A stretch of 64,000 nt of DNA from Candidatus Bathyarchaeia archaeon. Lineage in GTDB: Bacteria > Patescibacteriota > Microgenomatia > PFEM01 > JAFGMK01. This document shows positions 38,307 to 46,965 of the stretch, one piece after another. Positions within the stretch are counted from its first letter, which is position 1; each line of letters starts with the position of its first letter. The position numbers and the translations under genes were made by a program. The DNA is taken from contig DATKWK010000017.1 of the NCBI GenBank assembly GCA_035529595.1, positions 116,970 to 180,969 of the forward strand, read 5' to 3'. The notes below the pieces were generated by a model, which saw only the letters and a list, made by a program, of their open reading frames with translations, did not search any database and was not told where the DNA came from.

Positions 38307-39155
38307 GTTTTTCCTATAACATCCCGGGTAACCGATTTCTTTACCGCCGAAAGATTTTTTAAAGTGGGAGAATCCAAGCCAGGACTTTTGGGGAAATCGT
38401 AGATCAAAGATACCTTCAAAGTCAAAATTCCGGCAGCCTTTATTTTTGGCGATTTTAATTGCTTCCCAAACCAGACCGTATTGGGCCAGGAGCCGGCGGC
38501 CTTTTTTGGAAGTAAAAGCATAAAAATAATAAGCGGTTTGGCCGGCCAGAAGAATAATCGTTCCGGCAATGATATTCGATTGTTTGTTTTGATAAGCAGC
38601 CAAGAAGATTGCCTTTTCCGAAAAGGAAGATTTCAGAGATCCGATGGTTTTAAAAGCAGGAATAATCAGCTGCCAGCCGGCGGCTTTTTTCCAGGAGCGG
38701 TAAAAACTTAATATTTCATCATCTTGACTGCAAATTAAGGTTTTAAGATCAGGTTTTTGCCGGAGTTTTTTTAAGACTAACCGGGTATCCTTTTTCAACT
38801 GACGAGTAAGTTTATAGTCACTTTGGTTTAGATCAAGAACAACTGTTTTAGTCGGTAAAAAAGGTGATTTGGAAATTTTATAACCGTATTTTTTATAGAG
38901 ACTGGTTTCTGGTTCTTGGTCAAGATCAGGTTCGATATAGGCAAAAAGCGCTCGGTATTTACGGCTGATTTTTCCGATTGTTTCAGGAGAAGGTAAATGT
39001 TTCGGCCGTTGAAGCTTCAGGATGGAAAAAGGGGTGAGGGGGATCTTGCGGATAAATACCTGGACTCCTTCTGTCTTTTCCACCTGCCAGCCGATTTTTT
39101 CTAAATAAACAGCGTAGTTTGGGGATTGTCTTAGGTCAAGGGGGTTGGAAATCAT
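38289..39155 (-). CDS. FemAB/FemX-like peptidyl transferase
   Basis: DLRQS, LKKDTR, FDFEGI, GFSHFKKSFGG. Confidence 0.85.
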   Translation of the reverse strand: MISNPLDLRQSPNYAVYLEKIGWQVEKTEGVQVFIRKIPLTPFSILKLQRPKHLPSPETIGKISRKYRALFAYIEPDLDQEPETSLYKKYGYKISKSPFLPTKTVVLDLNQSDYKLTRQLKKDTRLVLKKLRQKPDLKTLICSQDDEILSFYRSWKKAAGWQLIIPAFKTIGSLKSSFSEKAIFLAAYQNKQSNIIAGTIILLAGQTAYYFYAFTSKKGRRLLAQYGLVWEAIKIAKNKGCRNFDFEGIFDLRFPQKSWLGFSHFKKSFGGKEIGYPGCYRKNLLFGQ

Positions 39156-39305
39156 CGGGATAAATTTGCCCTTTCTTTATTTCTAAAGTAACCTATGCTT
39201 AGGAAATAATAGCATGGTTTGGATGTTACGCCAAAACTAGCATTAAACGAAGTCGATTCGCCTAAAAAAGAATTATCGGAGAAATTTGTACAGTAATAAG
39301 CTAAT

Positions 39306-39737
39306 ATGAATTGCCCATTCTGCGATCCTAAAGTAATTGAGAAGCAATCCTTGTATGAAACTGAAAACATTCGGATTATTTATAATATTTGTCCAGCAAA
39401 TAAAGGCCAGTGTTTAGTTGTGCCTAAAAGGCATGTTTTAAACATTCGCGAATTGACAAAAGATGAGTTGGTAGACTTAATTTTCTCAATTCAGCTGGTT
39501 TCTTTAAGGTACGATCAGTATTTTAAACCTGCTGGCTTCAATTATGGCTTCAATGAGGGCAGATATGCCGGACAGATGGTAGATCATTTCCACTTTCACA
39601 TTATGCCTCGTGTCGATGGTGATAAAAATCGATTGCCTGAACATCACCTTTTCCATAGAGACCCCAAAACTAGGCGAAACCTAACATTCGAAGAAATAGA
39701 GCCTTTTGTTACCGAGCTTAAAAAACTATTTCGTTAA
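39306..39737 (+). CDS. HIT family hydrolase
   Basis: CPFC, LVVPKRH, AGQMVDHFHFHIMPR. Confidence 0.93.
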   Translation: MNCPFCDPKVIEKQSLYETENIRIIYNICPANKGQCLVVPKRHVLNIRELTKDELVDLIFSIQLVSLRYDQYFKPAGFNYGFNEGRYAGQMVDHFHFHIMPRVDGDKNRLPEHHLFHRDPKTRRNLTFEEIEPFVTELKKLFR

Positions 39738-39997
39738 ATCTACGGACAATTCATCTGCGTTTTTTCACACCCGATGTGGTTTTCTCCTTATATGTAGTTC
39801 ACTTACTTGTATTACTTTACCCAAATTGTTTACTTCGCTTTGTTGTTAAGGTAATACCACAAAGTTCGTTTAGAACTTTGTATGTACTGGGGCGTTATAA
39901 GATATGAATTATTGCTATTTAGATTTTTCAGCAAACTTTTTGTGAAATAAAAAGTAGAAGAGGGGCGCCAGAAACGGAACTATAGATATTTATCTTT

Positions 39998-40549
39998 TTA
40001 AAGCAAATCTCTAGGTTGAAAATAAATAACTGAAGCAGCTATAAACATAAAACAACCCATAACGAAAAACATTAAATCAAAACTATTTAAGGTTACCAGA
40101 AAACCTCCCATTAAGGCTCCAAGACCAGTTATAAAACTGGCCATCATTTCCCAACTTCCCCAACCAGACGCTGCTTTACCTTTACTTAGGTGATTAGAAT
40201 AAAGACCATCGTATGCTGGACTACCAATAGCACTGGCAACAGCTAAAATAAGTTGAATAGACAATAAATGAACAAACGAAGAAACAAAAATATAACCGAT
40301 ATAGGCAAGTCCGGTTAGTATATAGCCGATTACCATGGCAATTTCTGGTTCTTTCATTAAATCTTCTTTTTTTCCAAAAAAGTACATTAAAATACCAGTT
40401 GCAAAGGCATATAGAGCAACTGCATATCCTGCCTCTAATATTCCTCCTCCAATATCTTCAATAAAGATTGCATAAATTGGGCTAAACATCATTGCTGCAA
40501 TCTTGCTAAAAGCGCCTGCTACTAGCATTATCTTTAAAGCCTTATTCAT
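39998..40549 (-). CDS. Half-size (about 6 TM) MFS-like transporter
   Basis: PIYAIFIEDIGG..AG, GKKED (motif-A-like); 183 aa; inverted relative to the array. Confidence 0.75.
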   Translation of the reverse strand: MNKALKIMLVAGAFSKIAAMMFSPIYAIFIEDIGGGILEAGYAVALYAFATGILMYFFGKKEDLMKEPEIAMVIGYILTGLAYIGYIFVSSFVHLLSIQLILAVASAIGSPAYDGLYSNHLSKGKAASGWGSWEMMASFITGLGALMGGFLVTLNSFDLMFFVMGCFMFIAASVIYFQPRDLL

Positions 40550-40671
40550 GTCAGTATCAGTTTATCATAATTTATTAAAATATTAATTTTTACAGTACAG
40601 AAATTTACCATCAAGCTCTCTTTCTTCGCTGAAAATTTATAATATTACCCCACACCCGATGTGGTTTTCTT

Positions 40672-40833
40672 TTAGAACATCTTCACTTTCATGTCATTCC
40701 TCGCTATCAAGATGATGGGCTGTCCAGCATTCACTTGTTTCATAGAGGTCCTGAAACTAAAGATAAGTTAAATCTCTCTAATGGAGAACTGCGACCTATT
40801 GTAGAAGAATTTAAAAAGCTGTTTCGAAAATAA
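40672..40833 (+). pseudogene. 3' remnant of a second HIT family gene
   Basis: LEHLHFHVIPRYQDDGLSSIHLFHRGPETKDKLNLSNGELRPIVEEFKKLFRK*, homologous to the C-terminus of 39306-39737; begins right after the 20-bp repeat with no start codon. Confidence 0.85.
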
Positions 40834-41005
40834 TGCAGTGAGTTATACTCTGCGCTCCTGTTAGTCGCTTGCCGCGCTGCGCTTTCACAAAAATGCTAAT
40901 TTTGAAATTTTAGTATTTTTGTTCAGGTCATCTAACACGGTATATCTAGCTCGCTTGTTGCACTCGCTCGACCCGAATTAGCCAATGTTGTAAAATAGAA
41001 GACAA

Positions 41006-41596
41006 ATGAGTTTTTTTGATTTTCTAGTTTCTGGTTCTGTATTCCTAAGCCTTTTAGCGCTAATTTTTTATGGTTCTGTGTGGTTGCTAAAAGAAAGCAC
41101 CAAAAAGTTATTAGAGAAAGAACTTGAGAAGCATAAAAATAATCTGTCCAAAGAGCTAGAAGTTTACAAAAAAGAAATTGATCTTAGCTATCGACATCAG
41201 TTAAGTCTTCAAGATAGAAGCAGAAAGCTTTTTGAAGAGTTTTCAAACTCACTAGAGGAAATTTACAAAACGAAAGGGGATGAATTATCACTCAGGTTAA
41301 ACAAGCTCTTTGGACTTTTGGCCCTTTACGCACCTGACAAAGTTTATAGGGTCTTGAGAAAATCCTTGGACGGGAAGGCACTACCTAATGAAGTAAAGCC
41401 TCCGATATATTTTGCTTTAAGAAAATCACTTTTTGGTGCCAAGTCAAAGCTAAAAGAGGGCGATTTGATTAAACATATTAAGGCTAAAAGATTAATGCTA
41501 AAAGATAGATACTTATTAAGTAGACATTGGCTAACTTCAGATATACCGATAAGATTTTTCCACACCCGATGTGGTTTTCTCAATACCGATGTATAG
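41006..41596 (+). CDS. Hypothetical cassette protein (N-terminal TM plus coiled coil); C-terminus reads into the repeat
   Basis: ATG 13 nt after GTTGTAA; ends ..FFHTRCGF through the 20-bp repeat. Confidence 0.6.
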   Translation: MSFFDFLVSGSVFLSLLALIFYGSVWLLKESTKKLLEKELEKHKNNLSKELEVYKKEIDLSYRHQLSLQDRSRKLFEEFSNSLEEIYKTKGDELSLRLNKLFGLLALYAPDKVYRVLRKSLDGKALPNEVKPPIYFALRKSLFGAKSKLKEGDLIKHIKAKRLMLKDRYLLSRHWLTSDIPIRFFHTRCGFLNTDV

Positions 41597-41732
41597 TATC
41601 TGCGCCACATCGGCTGTGGAGACGCTTAAGTTCGGCTAACATACAATTTATTGCACTATGACACAAAAAATTCGAATATACACTAGTTAGGCGATATATT
41701 ACTTAAGAAATTATCGAGATGTTAATGTAAAG

Positions 41733-42011
41733 ATGAGGAAAAAGCTTGCTGTAGCAATTCTTATGTTAATAATTGCAACTCTTTTATTCCTACTGTATAT
41801 GCGATTTGGAGAGGAATTGTATATTAAATACAGATATCCGGATCCTGAATCGTATTGGCATGATTACGACGTGCATTACCAGTTTTGCAATTCTAAAGGA
41901 TATGAGCGATGTCAACCATCAATTATTTGCAAGCAGGAGATGTCGGATTGCCTCTCAGGGTGTATCCGGTCTTGCCTGCCAAAACAAGATAATACGTTTG
42001 GACTGAAATAG
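41733..42011 (+). CDS. Hypothetical cassette protein, TM plus 6-Cys domain
   Basis: Bounded by GTTAGGC (41686) and attC 42030-42123. Confidence 0.7.
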   Translation: MRKKLAVAILMLIIATLLFLLYMRFGEELYIKYRYPDPESYWHDYDVHYQFCNSKGYERCQPSIICKQEMSDCLSGCIRSCLPKQDNTFGLK

Positions 42012-42029
42012 CATTTTTTATAATACATC

Positions 42030-42123
42030 GCCTAATACGGGCTATACGGTCCTTCGACTCTACTCCGGACCCAAATCCTAGTAGAATTAGGATCGGGACT
42101 TTTTATAGCCCGAAACGTTAAAT
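42030..42123 (+). other. attC-like recombination site
   Basis: GCCTAAT-a-CGGGCTATA...TATAGCCCG-aaac-GTTAAAT with internal hairpins. Confidence 0.75.
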
Positions 42124-42155
42124 GAAATAGAAAAAATTTATTATCTGAGTAATTT

Positions 42156-42743
42156 ATGAAAATCACGAAGCTAGAAAAGGTCTACTATTTTACTACAGAC
42201 TTAGTTCTTATTGTTATAGTGCTAATTGGGATTATAGTCAGCTTAATTTCAATAAACAGAAAGGTATCAACGCTTTCTTTCGACTTAGCCAGACATATTC
42301 ATCTGCCGGCATCTCCGACTCCAAAGCCAGATGTTAGGTTCAATCCAATGAATTGGAAAAAATATACGAGCAAGTTATATGGCATTACTCTAAGGTACCC
42401 TCGTGATGTCGAATTTACAGCCTCGCCTCTGTTTGACAAAGAATTTTTAAGCGTAAAAAACGAAAATGGCTATATGACTCTTCAGTCGGGGTGTCGACTG
42501 AGCCAGTTCCCAAACTTTGAAGATCGTGTTTCAGTAGGTGGGATTATGGTTGACAGGTTTTGGTTTTTAAAATCAGGGAGACATAATATATACAAAGCTG
42601 AAGTGGTGATTAAGGAATCACCGAATATTGATAAAAAGGAGTGTATTGATATTTCAATGGGATTAAAACCAGAAAAAGAGGAGGAAACGAGACAGTTATT
42701 TGACTTTATTCTGAACCTTATAGAATACAGGAAGGTAAAGTAA
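42156..42743 (+). CDS. Hypothetical exported cassette protein
   Basis: N-terminal TM; WKKYTSKLYGITLRYP motif typical of CPR exported proteins. Confidence 0.7.
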   Translation: MKITKLEKVYYFTTDLVLIVIVLIGIIVSLISINRKVSTLSFDLARHIHLPASPTPKPDVRFNPMNWKKYTSKLYGITLRYPRDVEFTASPLFDKEFLSVKNENGYMTLQSGCRLSQFPNFEDRVSVGGIMVDRFWFLKSGRHNIYKAEVVIKESPNIDKKECIDISMGLKPEKEEETRQLFDFILNLIEYRKVK

Positions 42744-42841
42744 GGAGAATATTTTCTACATCACATAAGAGCGTGTATGCGGTTCAGTCACACCGCTGCG
42801 CTGTGTTGCAAAATTCTTATTCATTAACTTTTTTAAATTAA

Positions 42842-42901
42842 ATGAAAAAAATTGCCGCCGTGATTTTGGAAAATAATCGCGGTGAAATTCTTCTACCATA
42901 A
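42842..42901 (+). pseudogene. N-terminal stub of a probable NUDIX hydrolase
   Basis: MKKIAAVILENNRGEILLP* resembles the first NUDIX beta-strands; follows the last GTT site. Confidence 0.45.
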
Positions 42902-42920
42902 AAGATTCTACTGGATCGGT

Positions 42921-43973
42921 CTATAAGGACAGGCCTGATTTTAGACGGAGCAGTTTCCAACGGAGATTTTCTGCCAGGCGCGCCAAATAGTAAAGCTGAG
43001 GGTTAATTACCAAGTCATAAGTGCCTAGAAATTCAACAATTTGGCCGCCGAAGCCGGTTTTAAACCGGTGCCAGCCAAACCAAGGGTCTTTCGGGTCGGG
43101 GCTAGGTCCGAGGCTTCCCCAGAGATCGAAACTTTTACAGCCGTTTCTTTTACCAAACCTGATTGCTTCCCACATCATGGTATAAGCGGGCATCACTTCT
43201 TGATGCTCACGTGAAGAAGCTCCGTATGGGTAGTAAAGTACGTTATTGAAAACAAATAACACCCAAGCCACGAGAACTTTTTTTTGGTATTTAGCCAAGA
43301 ATAAACGGGCAATTCCGGCCGGATTTAAAATTTTCCACATCTTACGGTGATATTCGGAGCTGTGGGCATAAAACTTTTGCCTTTGGGTCGTTTCATTCAT
43401 AAGCTTAAGGTAAGTTTCAAAAGCAGCCGGAGAATTGTCTTCAATTATTTCGACACCTTTCTTTTGCGCCAGGCGGATGTTGTAGCGGGTTTTTTCTTTC
43501 ATAGCATCCAAGAGTTTTTCTTCCGTTTGTTCAAGGTCAATCTTAAAGGTGTAACGGGTAAACAGTGGCCGTCCCGGTCGGCAGCCATGGGCGGTTAGAA
43601 AATCCTTAATCGGTTGATACTTTTTTTCTGCGTTTCCCGGAATTTCCCGAACCGGTGAACCGACATTTGGTTCCAATCTGATAAAAATCGCTTTTTGTTT
43701 TTCGCCCAGGCTTTTAAGCGAAGAAAGCATTGTTCCGTCCGGCATTGGGCCTTTGGGAAAGTAAATCACATTAAGATTTAGTTGAGGGATCGGTAAGGGG
43801 TGAATTGTTAATTGATAGGCGTTTTTAATTTTTTTTTCCTCAAAGGCACCCAGACGAACGACTTTGACTCCGGTTGTTTTTCTGAATTCTCCCCACTCCC
43901 AAGATTGGAGAGGATGGGTTACAATTTCATTAAATTGCTCCTTTTCTTCGCTGTAAACTTCTCGAACGATCAT
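42921..43973 (-). CDS. FemAB/FemX-like peptidyl transferase
   Basis: HPLQSWEWG, KTRYNIRLAQKKGV, YPYGAS, FDLWG, RFKTGFGG. Confidence 0.92.
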   Translation of the reverse strand: MIVREVYSEEKEQFNEIVTHPLQSWEWGEFRKTTGVKVVRLGAFEEKKIKNAYQLTIHPLPIPQLNLNVIYFPKGPMPDGTMLSSLKSLGEKQKAIFIRLEPNVGSPVREIPGNAEKKYQPIKDFLTAHGCRPGRPLFTRYTFKIDLEQTEEKLLDAMKEKTRYNIRLAQKKGVEIIEDNSPAAFETYLKLMNETTQRQKFYAHSSEYHRKMWKILNPAGIARLFLAKYQKKVLVAWVLFVFNNVLYYPYGASSREHQEVMPAYTMMWEAIRFGKRNGCKSFDLWGSLGPSPDPKDPWFGWHRFKTGFGGQIVEFLGTYDLVINPQLYYLARLAENLRWKLLRLKSGLSL

Positions 43974-43998
43974 GGTTAATTAATTTAATAAGTTGTAC

Positions 43999-45843
43999 TT
44001 ATATTGTATCAGAGACGAAGTCGTCTTCCGGTGAGTCAACTAAATCAACAGGAATGTCTTTAATAAAACGGGAAACAGGGTTATTTAGCCGTTGGCCAAA
44101 GTAAAGTCGGCGATGAGCGTAGGTTAAGTACAGCCTTTCTTTGGCTCTAGTGATACCGACATAGTAAAGCCGCCTTTCCTCTTCCAAACCTTCCTTATCA
44201 AGAAGACTTCGTGAATGGGGGAAAAGTCCTTCTTCCATTCCGAGGATAAAAACAACCGGAAACTCAGTCCCTTTGGCGGCATGCATAGTCATCAGCGTTA
44301 AGCCTTTTGATGAAATAGGCTGAGACTTGTTTTTAGGGAGACTTTCTTTTTGAATTAAGGCAACATTTTCCAAGAAGTCATTTAAGTTTGGAAATTGGGT
44401 CGCCACCGAACGGAGTTCCTGAATATTTTCGATTCGGCTTAAATCCTCCTCTCTTTGGCGATCATAAGATTCCAGGTAGCTGACGGCTGCCAAAATTTTA
44501 TCAAGGATTTGAATTGTGACCAGCTCTGACATCTTAAGTTGCTTTACCAGCTCTTGAAACTTTTCCAACCTTTTTTTTCCTAATTTTTCGATTCTTTGAT
44601 GGGATATCAGATCGGCAGGATTGGCCAGAAGTCTTAAATAAGCTAAACAGTCTTTAATTTCCTTTCTTTCGTAAAAACGGGTGCCGCCGACTAGGACATA
44701 AGGAAGGCCGCTGCGAAGAAGAGTTTCTTCGATGACCCTTGATTGGGCATTAGTTCGGTAAAGAATGGCAAATTGGTCGAAAGATCGATTGCCGTCAAGA
44801 GTCAGTGATTGAATAGTATTGACTGTAAAGAGAGCTTCATCCAGCTCGTCTGCTGCATGGTAGAGCGTGATTTTCTCTCCTTCTCTCTTTTCAGTCCATA
44901 GTTTTAAAATGGGGTGTGAGGTGTTTTTTTTGATCACTTCATTGGCTGCCTGAAGGATTGTCTTGGTTGAACGGTAATTTTGTTCAAAGTTGATAATTTT
45001 TAAGTCCGTATAATCTGAACGGAGGTTAAGGATGTTGCGATAATTAGCTCCCCGCCACGAATAGATTGATTGGCTGGCATCTCCGACAACACAAAGCCGG
45101 CGATATTTTTTGCTCAGAAGTTTAGTCAGCCGGTATTGGGCGCGATTAGTATCCTGGTATTCGTCAACTAAAAGGTAGTGGAATTTATCCTGATAGAAGG
45201 TTAATACTTTCTTTTCAGTTTCCAAAAGCCTGACTGCTTCTAGCAACAGATCATCGAAATCAAGGGCATTATATTCTCTAAGCATTTTTTGATAGATGAC
45301 AAAAATTCCGGCGACGGTTTTTTGAAATGGCCCACGAACATACTGCTGATACTCGCTGGGTGTAATGAGTTCGTTTTTTGCCTGAGAGATAGTAGCCAAA
45401 ACTGAGGCAGGATTGAATTTTTTGGGAGAGATATCTAATTTAACCATGGCTTGTTTCACTGTTTGTAACTGGTCTTGTTCGTCAAAGATGCTAAAGCCGG
45501 CCGGTAAGCCGAGATATTTACCCTCTTTTCTTAGAAGGCGGGCACAGAAGGAATGAAAGGTACCGGTCCATGGAAGGGTAGATATTGAAGAATCCGTTCC
45601 CGGGCCAAGTAAGGCTTTGATTCGTTTCTTCATTTCTTCAGCCGCTTTGTTAGTAAAAGTTACCAGGAGTATCTTATCGGGATCGACACCTGTTGCCTTA
45701 ATTAAGTAAACAACTTTGTAAATAAGGGCACGTGTTTTACCGGAACCGGCTCCAGCTAATATAAGCAGCGGTCCTTGGTTATAGACAACTGCCTCTTGTT
45801 GGTGAGGATTAAGTTGGGATAGAATACCGTCAAGATTTGACAT
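43999..45843 (-). CDS. pcrA: ATP-dependent DNA helicase PcrA/UvrD
   Basis: AGAGSGKT, DEYQDTN, QNYRST, YRTNAQSR, EEERRLYYVGITRA. Confidence 0.92.
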   Translation of the reverse strand: MSNLDGILSQLNPHQQEAVVYNQGPLLILAGAGSGKTRALIYKVVYLIKATGVDPDKILLVTFTNKAAEEMKKRIKALLGPGTDSSISTLPWTGTFHSFCARLLRKEGKYLGLPAGFSIFDEQDQLQTVKQAMVKLDISPKKFNPASVLATISQAKNELITPSEYQQYVRGPFQKTVAGIFVIYQKMLREYNALDFDDLLLEAVRLLETEKKVLTFYQDKFHYLLVDEYQDTNRAQYRLTKLLSKKYRRLCVVGDASQSIYSWRGANYRNILNLRSDYTDLKIINFEQNYRSTKTILQAANEVIKKNTSHPILKLWTEKREGEKITLYHAADELDEALFTVNTIQSLTLDGNRSFDQFAILYRTNAQSRVIEETLLRSGLPYVLVGGTRFYERKEIKDCLAYLRLLANPADLISHQRIEKLGKKRLEKFQELVKQLKMSELVTIQILDKILAAVSYLESYDRQREEDLSRIENIQELRSVATQFPNLNDFLENVALIQKESLPKNKSQPISSKGLTLMTMHAAKGTEFPVVFILGMEEGLFPHSRSLLDKEGLEEERRLYYVGITRAKERLYLTYAHRRLYFGQRLNNPVSRFIKDIPVDLVDSPEDDFVSDTI

Positions 45844-45863
45844 CGGTTAATCTTAGCATTCTT

Positions 45864-46940
45864 ATGGTAAAGAAAAAAGACAAATTCTTAAGTAAGGTAA
45901 GAAGAAAATTATCAAGAAATATCTATCTATTTCGTTTTCTGTTTTTTTCTCTAATAGGCGGTGCCGTAATATTTGCCTTAAATTTCATACTGCCGACTTC
46001 GTTGCGTCTAGTCAGGAGCTTATTTAAAGAGCCCCTGCTTTTAGCTTCTCATTCTTTTGAAGACTTAAGGTCTACAGACGGCCGAATCAATATTTTGTTT
46101 CTAGGAGCCGGGGGTAGTAATCATCAAGGTGCTGATTTAACCGATTCCATAATATTTGTTTCGCTTGGGTTAGAGAATCAAGATATTTTAATGCTTTCTT
46201 TGCCTCGGGATATATGGATTCCTTCAATGAGGGCCAAGATTAATACTGCCTATCATTACGGTGAGAAAAAAAGACCGGGCGGTGGTTTGGTTTTGGCAAA
46301 ATCGGCGGTCAGTGAAATCTTGGACCAGCCGGTCCATTACGCGGTTTTGGTAAATTTCCAGGGATTTATAAAGGCGATTGATCTTCTGGGAGGGGTGGAT
46401 ATCGAAGTCGAGCGGAGTTTTGATGATTATAAATACCCGATTCCGGGTATGGAAAATGCCCAGCCGGAAGAGTTGCGTTTCGAGCAGCTGCATTTTGATG
46501 TCGGTTGGCAGCACTTGGATGGCGACAGGGCGTTAAAATATGCGCGTTCCCGTTACGCTGATGGTGAAGAAGGAACCGATTTTGCCCGTTCAAAAAGACA
46601 ACAAAAATTGATTCTGGCCTTGATGAAAAAAGTCTTTTCTTCTAAAACCTTCTTGAGTCCTCAGCGGATTTTCGAACTGGGCAAAATTTTAAAAGAATAT
46701 CTTGATACTGATCTTTACCAGGAAGACTATCTCTCGTTCCTTGAACTGGCTCTCAGATTTAGACAAGGAGAAATTAGGTCAGCGATACTGGATGGGATAA
46801 CTGGAGTCGAAGAAGGCTATTTAATTAATCCACCCCAGAGTGAAAAGTATGATCAGCAGTGGGTTTTGGTTCCCAGAACCGGCGACTGGCAGGAAATCCA
46901 AAAATACGTTGTTTCCTTGATAGAAAAAAAAGATAAATGA
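45864..46940 (+). CDS. LCP (LytR-CpsA-Psr) family protein
   Basis: TDSII, SLPRD, KIN.AY, YARSR, DFARSKRQQ. Confidence 0.93.
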   Translation: MVKKKDKFLSKVRRKLSRNIYLFRFLFFSLIGGAVIFALNFILPTSLRLVRSLFKEPLLLASHSFEDLRSTDGRINILFLGAGGSNHQGADLTDSIIFVSLGLENQDILMLSLPRDIWIPSMRAKINTAYHYGEKKRPGGGLVLAKSAVSEILDQPVHYAVLVNFQGFIKAIDLLGGVDIEVERSFDDYKYPIPGMENAQPEELRFEQLHFDVGWQHLDGDRALKYARSRYADGEEGTDFARSKRQQKLILALMKKVFSSKTFLSPQRIFELGKILKEYLDTDLYQEDYLSFLELALRFRQGEIRSAILDGITGVEEGYLINPPQSEKYDQQWVLVPRTGDWQEIQKYVVSLIEKKDK

Positions 46941-46965
46941 AGCCTGTAAGATTACTTCAATAACT

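Larger units (their letters stand above)
39766..41580. repeat. Three exact copies of 20-bp CACACCCGATGTGGTTTTCT (39766, 40651, 41561), plus an inverted variant just outside at 41605-41619
   Basis: Direct reading; internal CACA/TGTG palindrome. Confidence 0.92.
39790..42901 (+). mobile_element. Integron-like gene-cassette array lacking integrase (CALIN-like), partly decayed
   Basis: attC-like sites with GTT cores at 39895, 40987, 41686, 42117 and 42805; cassette starts complementary to their own R'' ends; small unrelated genes inserted between two femAB-like genes. Confidence 0.7.

Noticed and set aside
39766-41580. 20-bp exact repeats as a CRISPR array
   Set aside because: Spacing is about 900 bp with genes between copies, and there are no cas genes.
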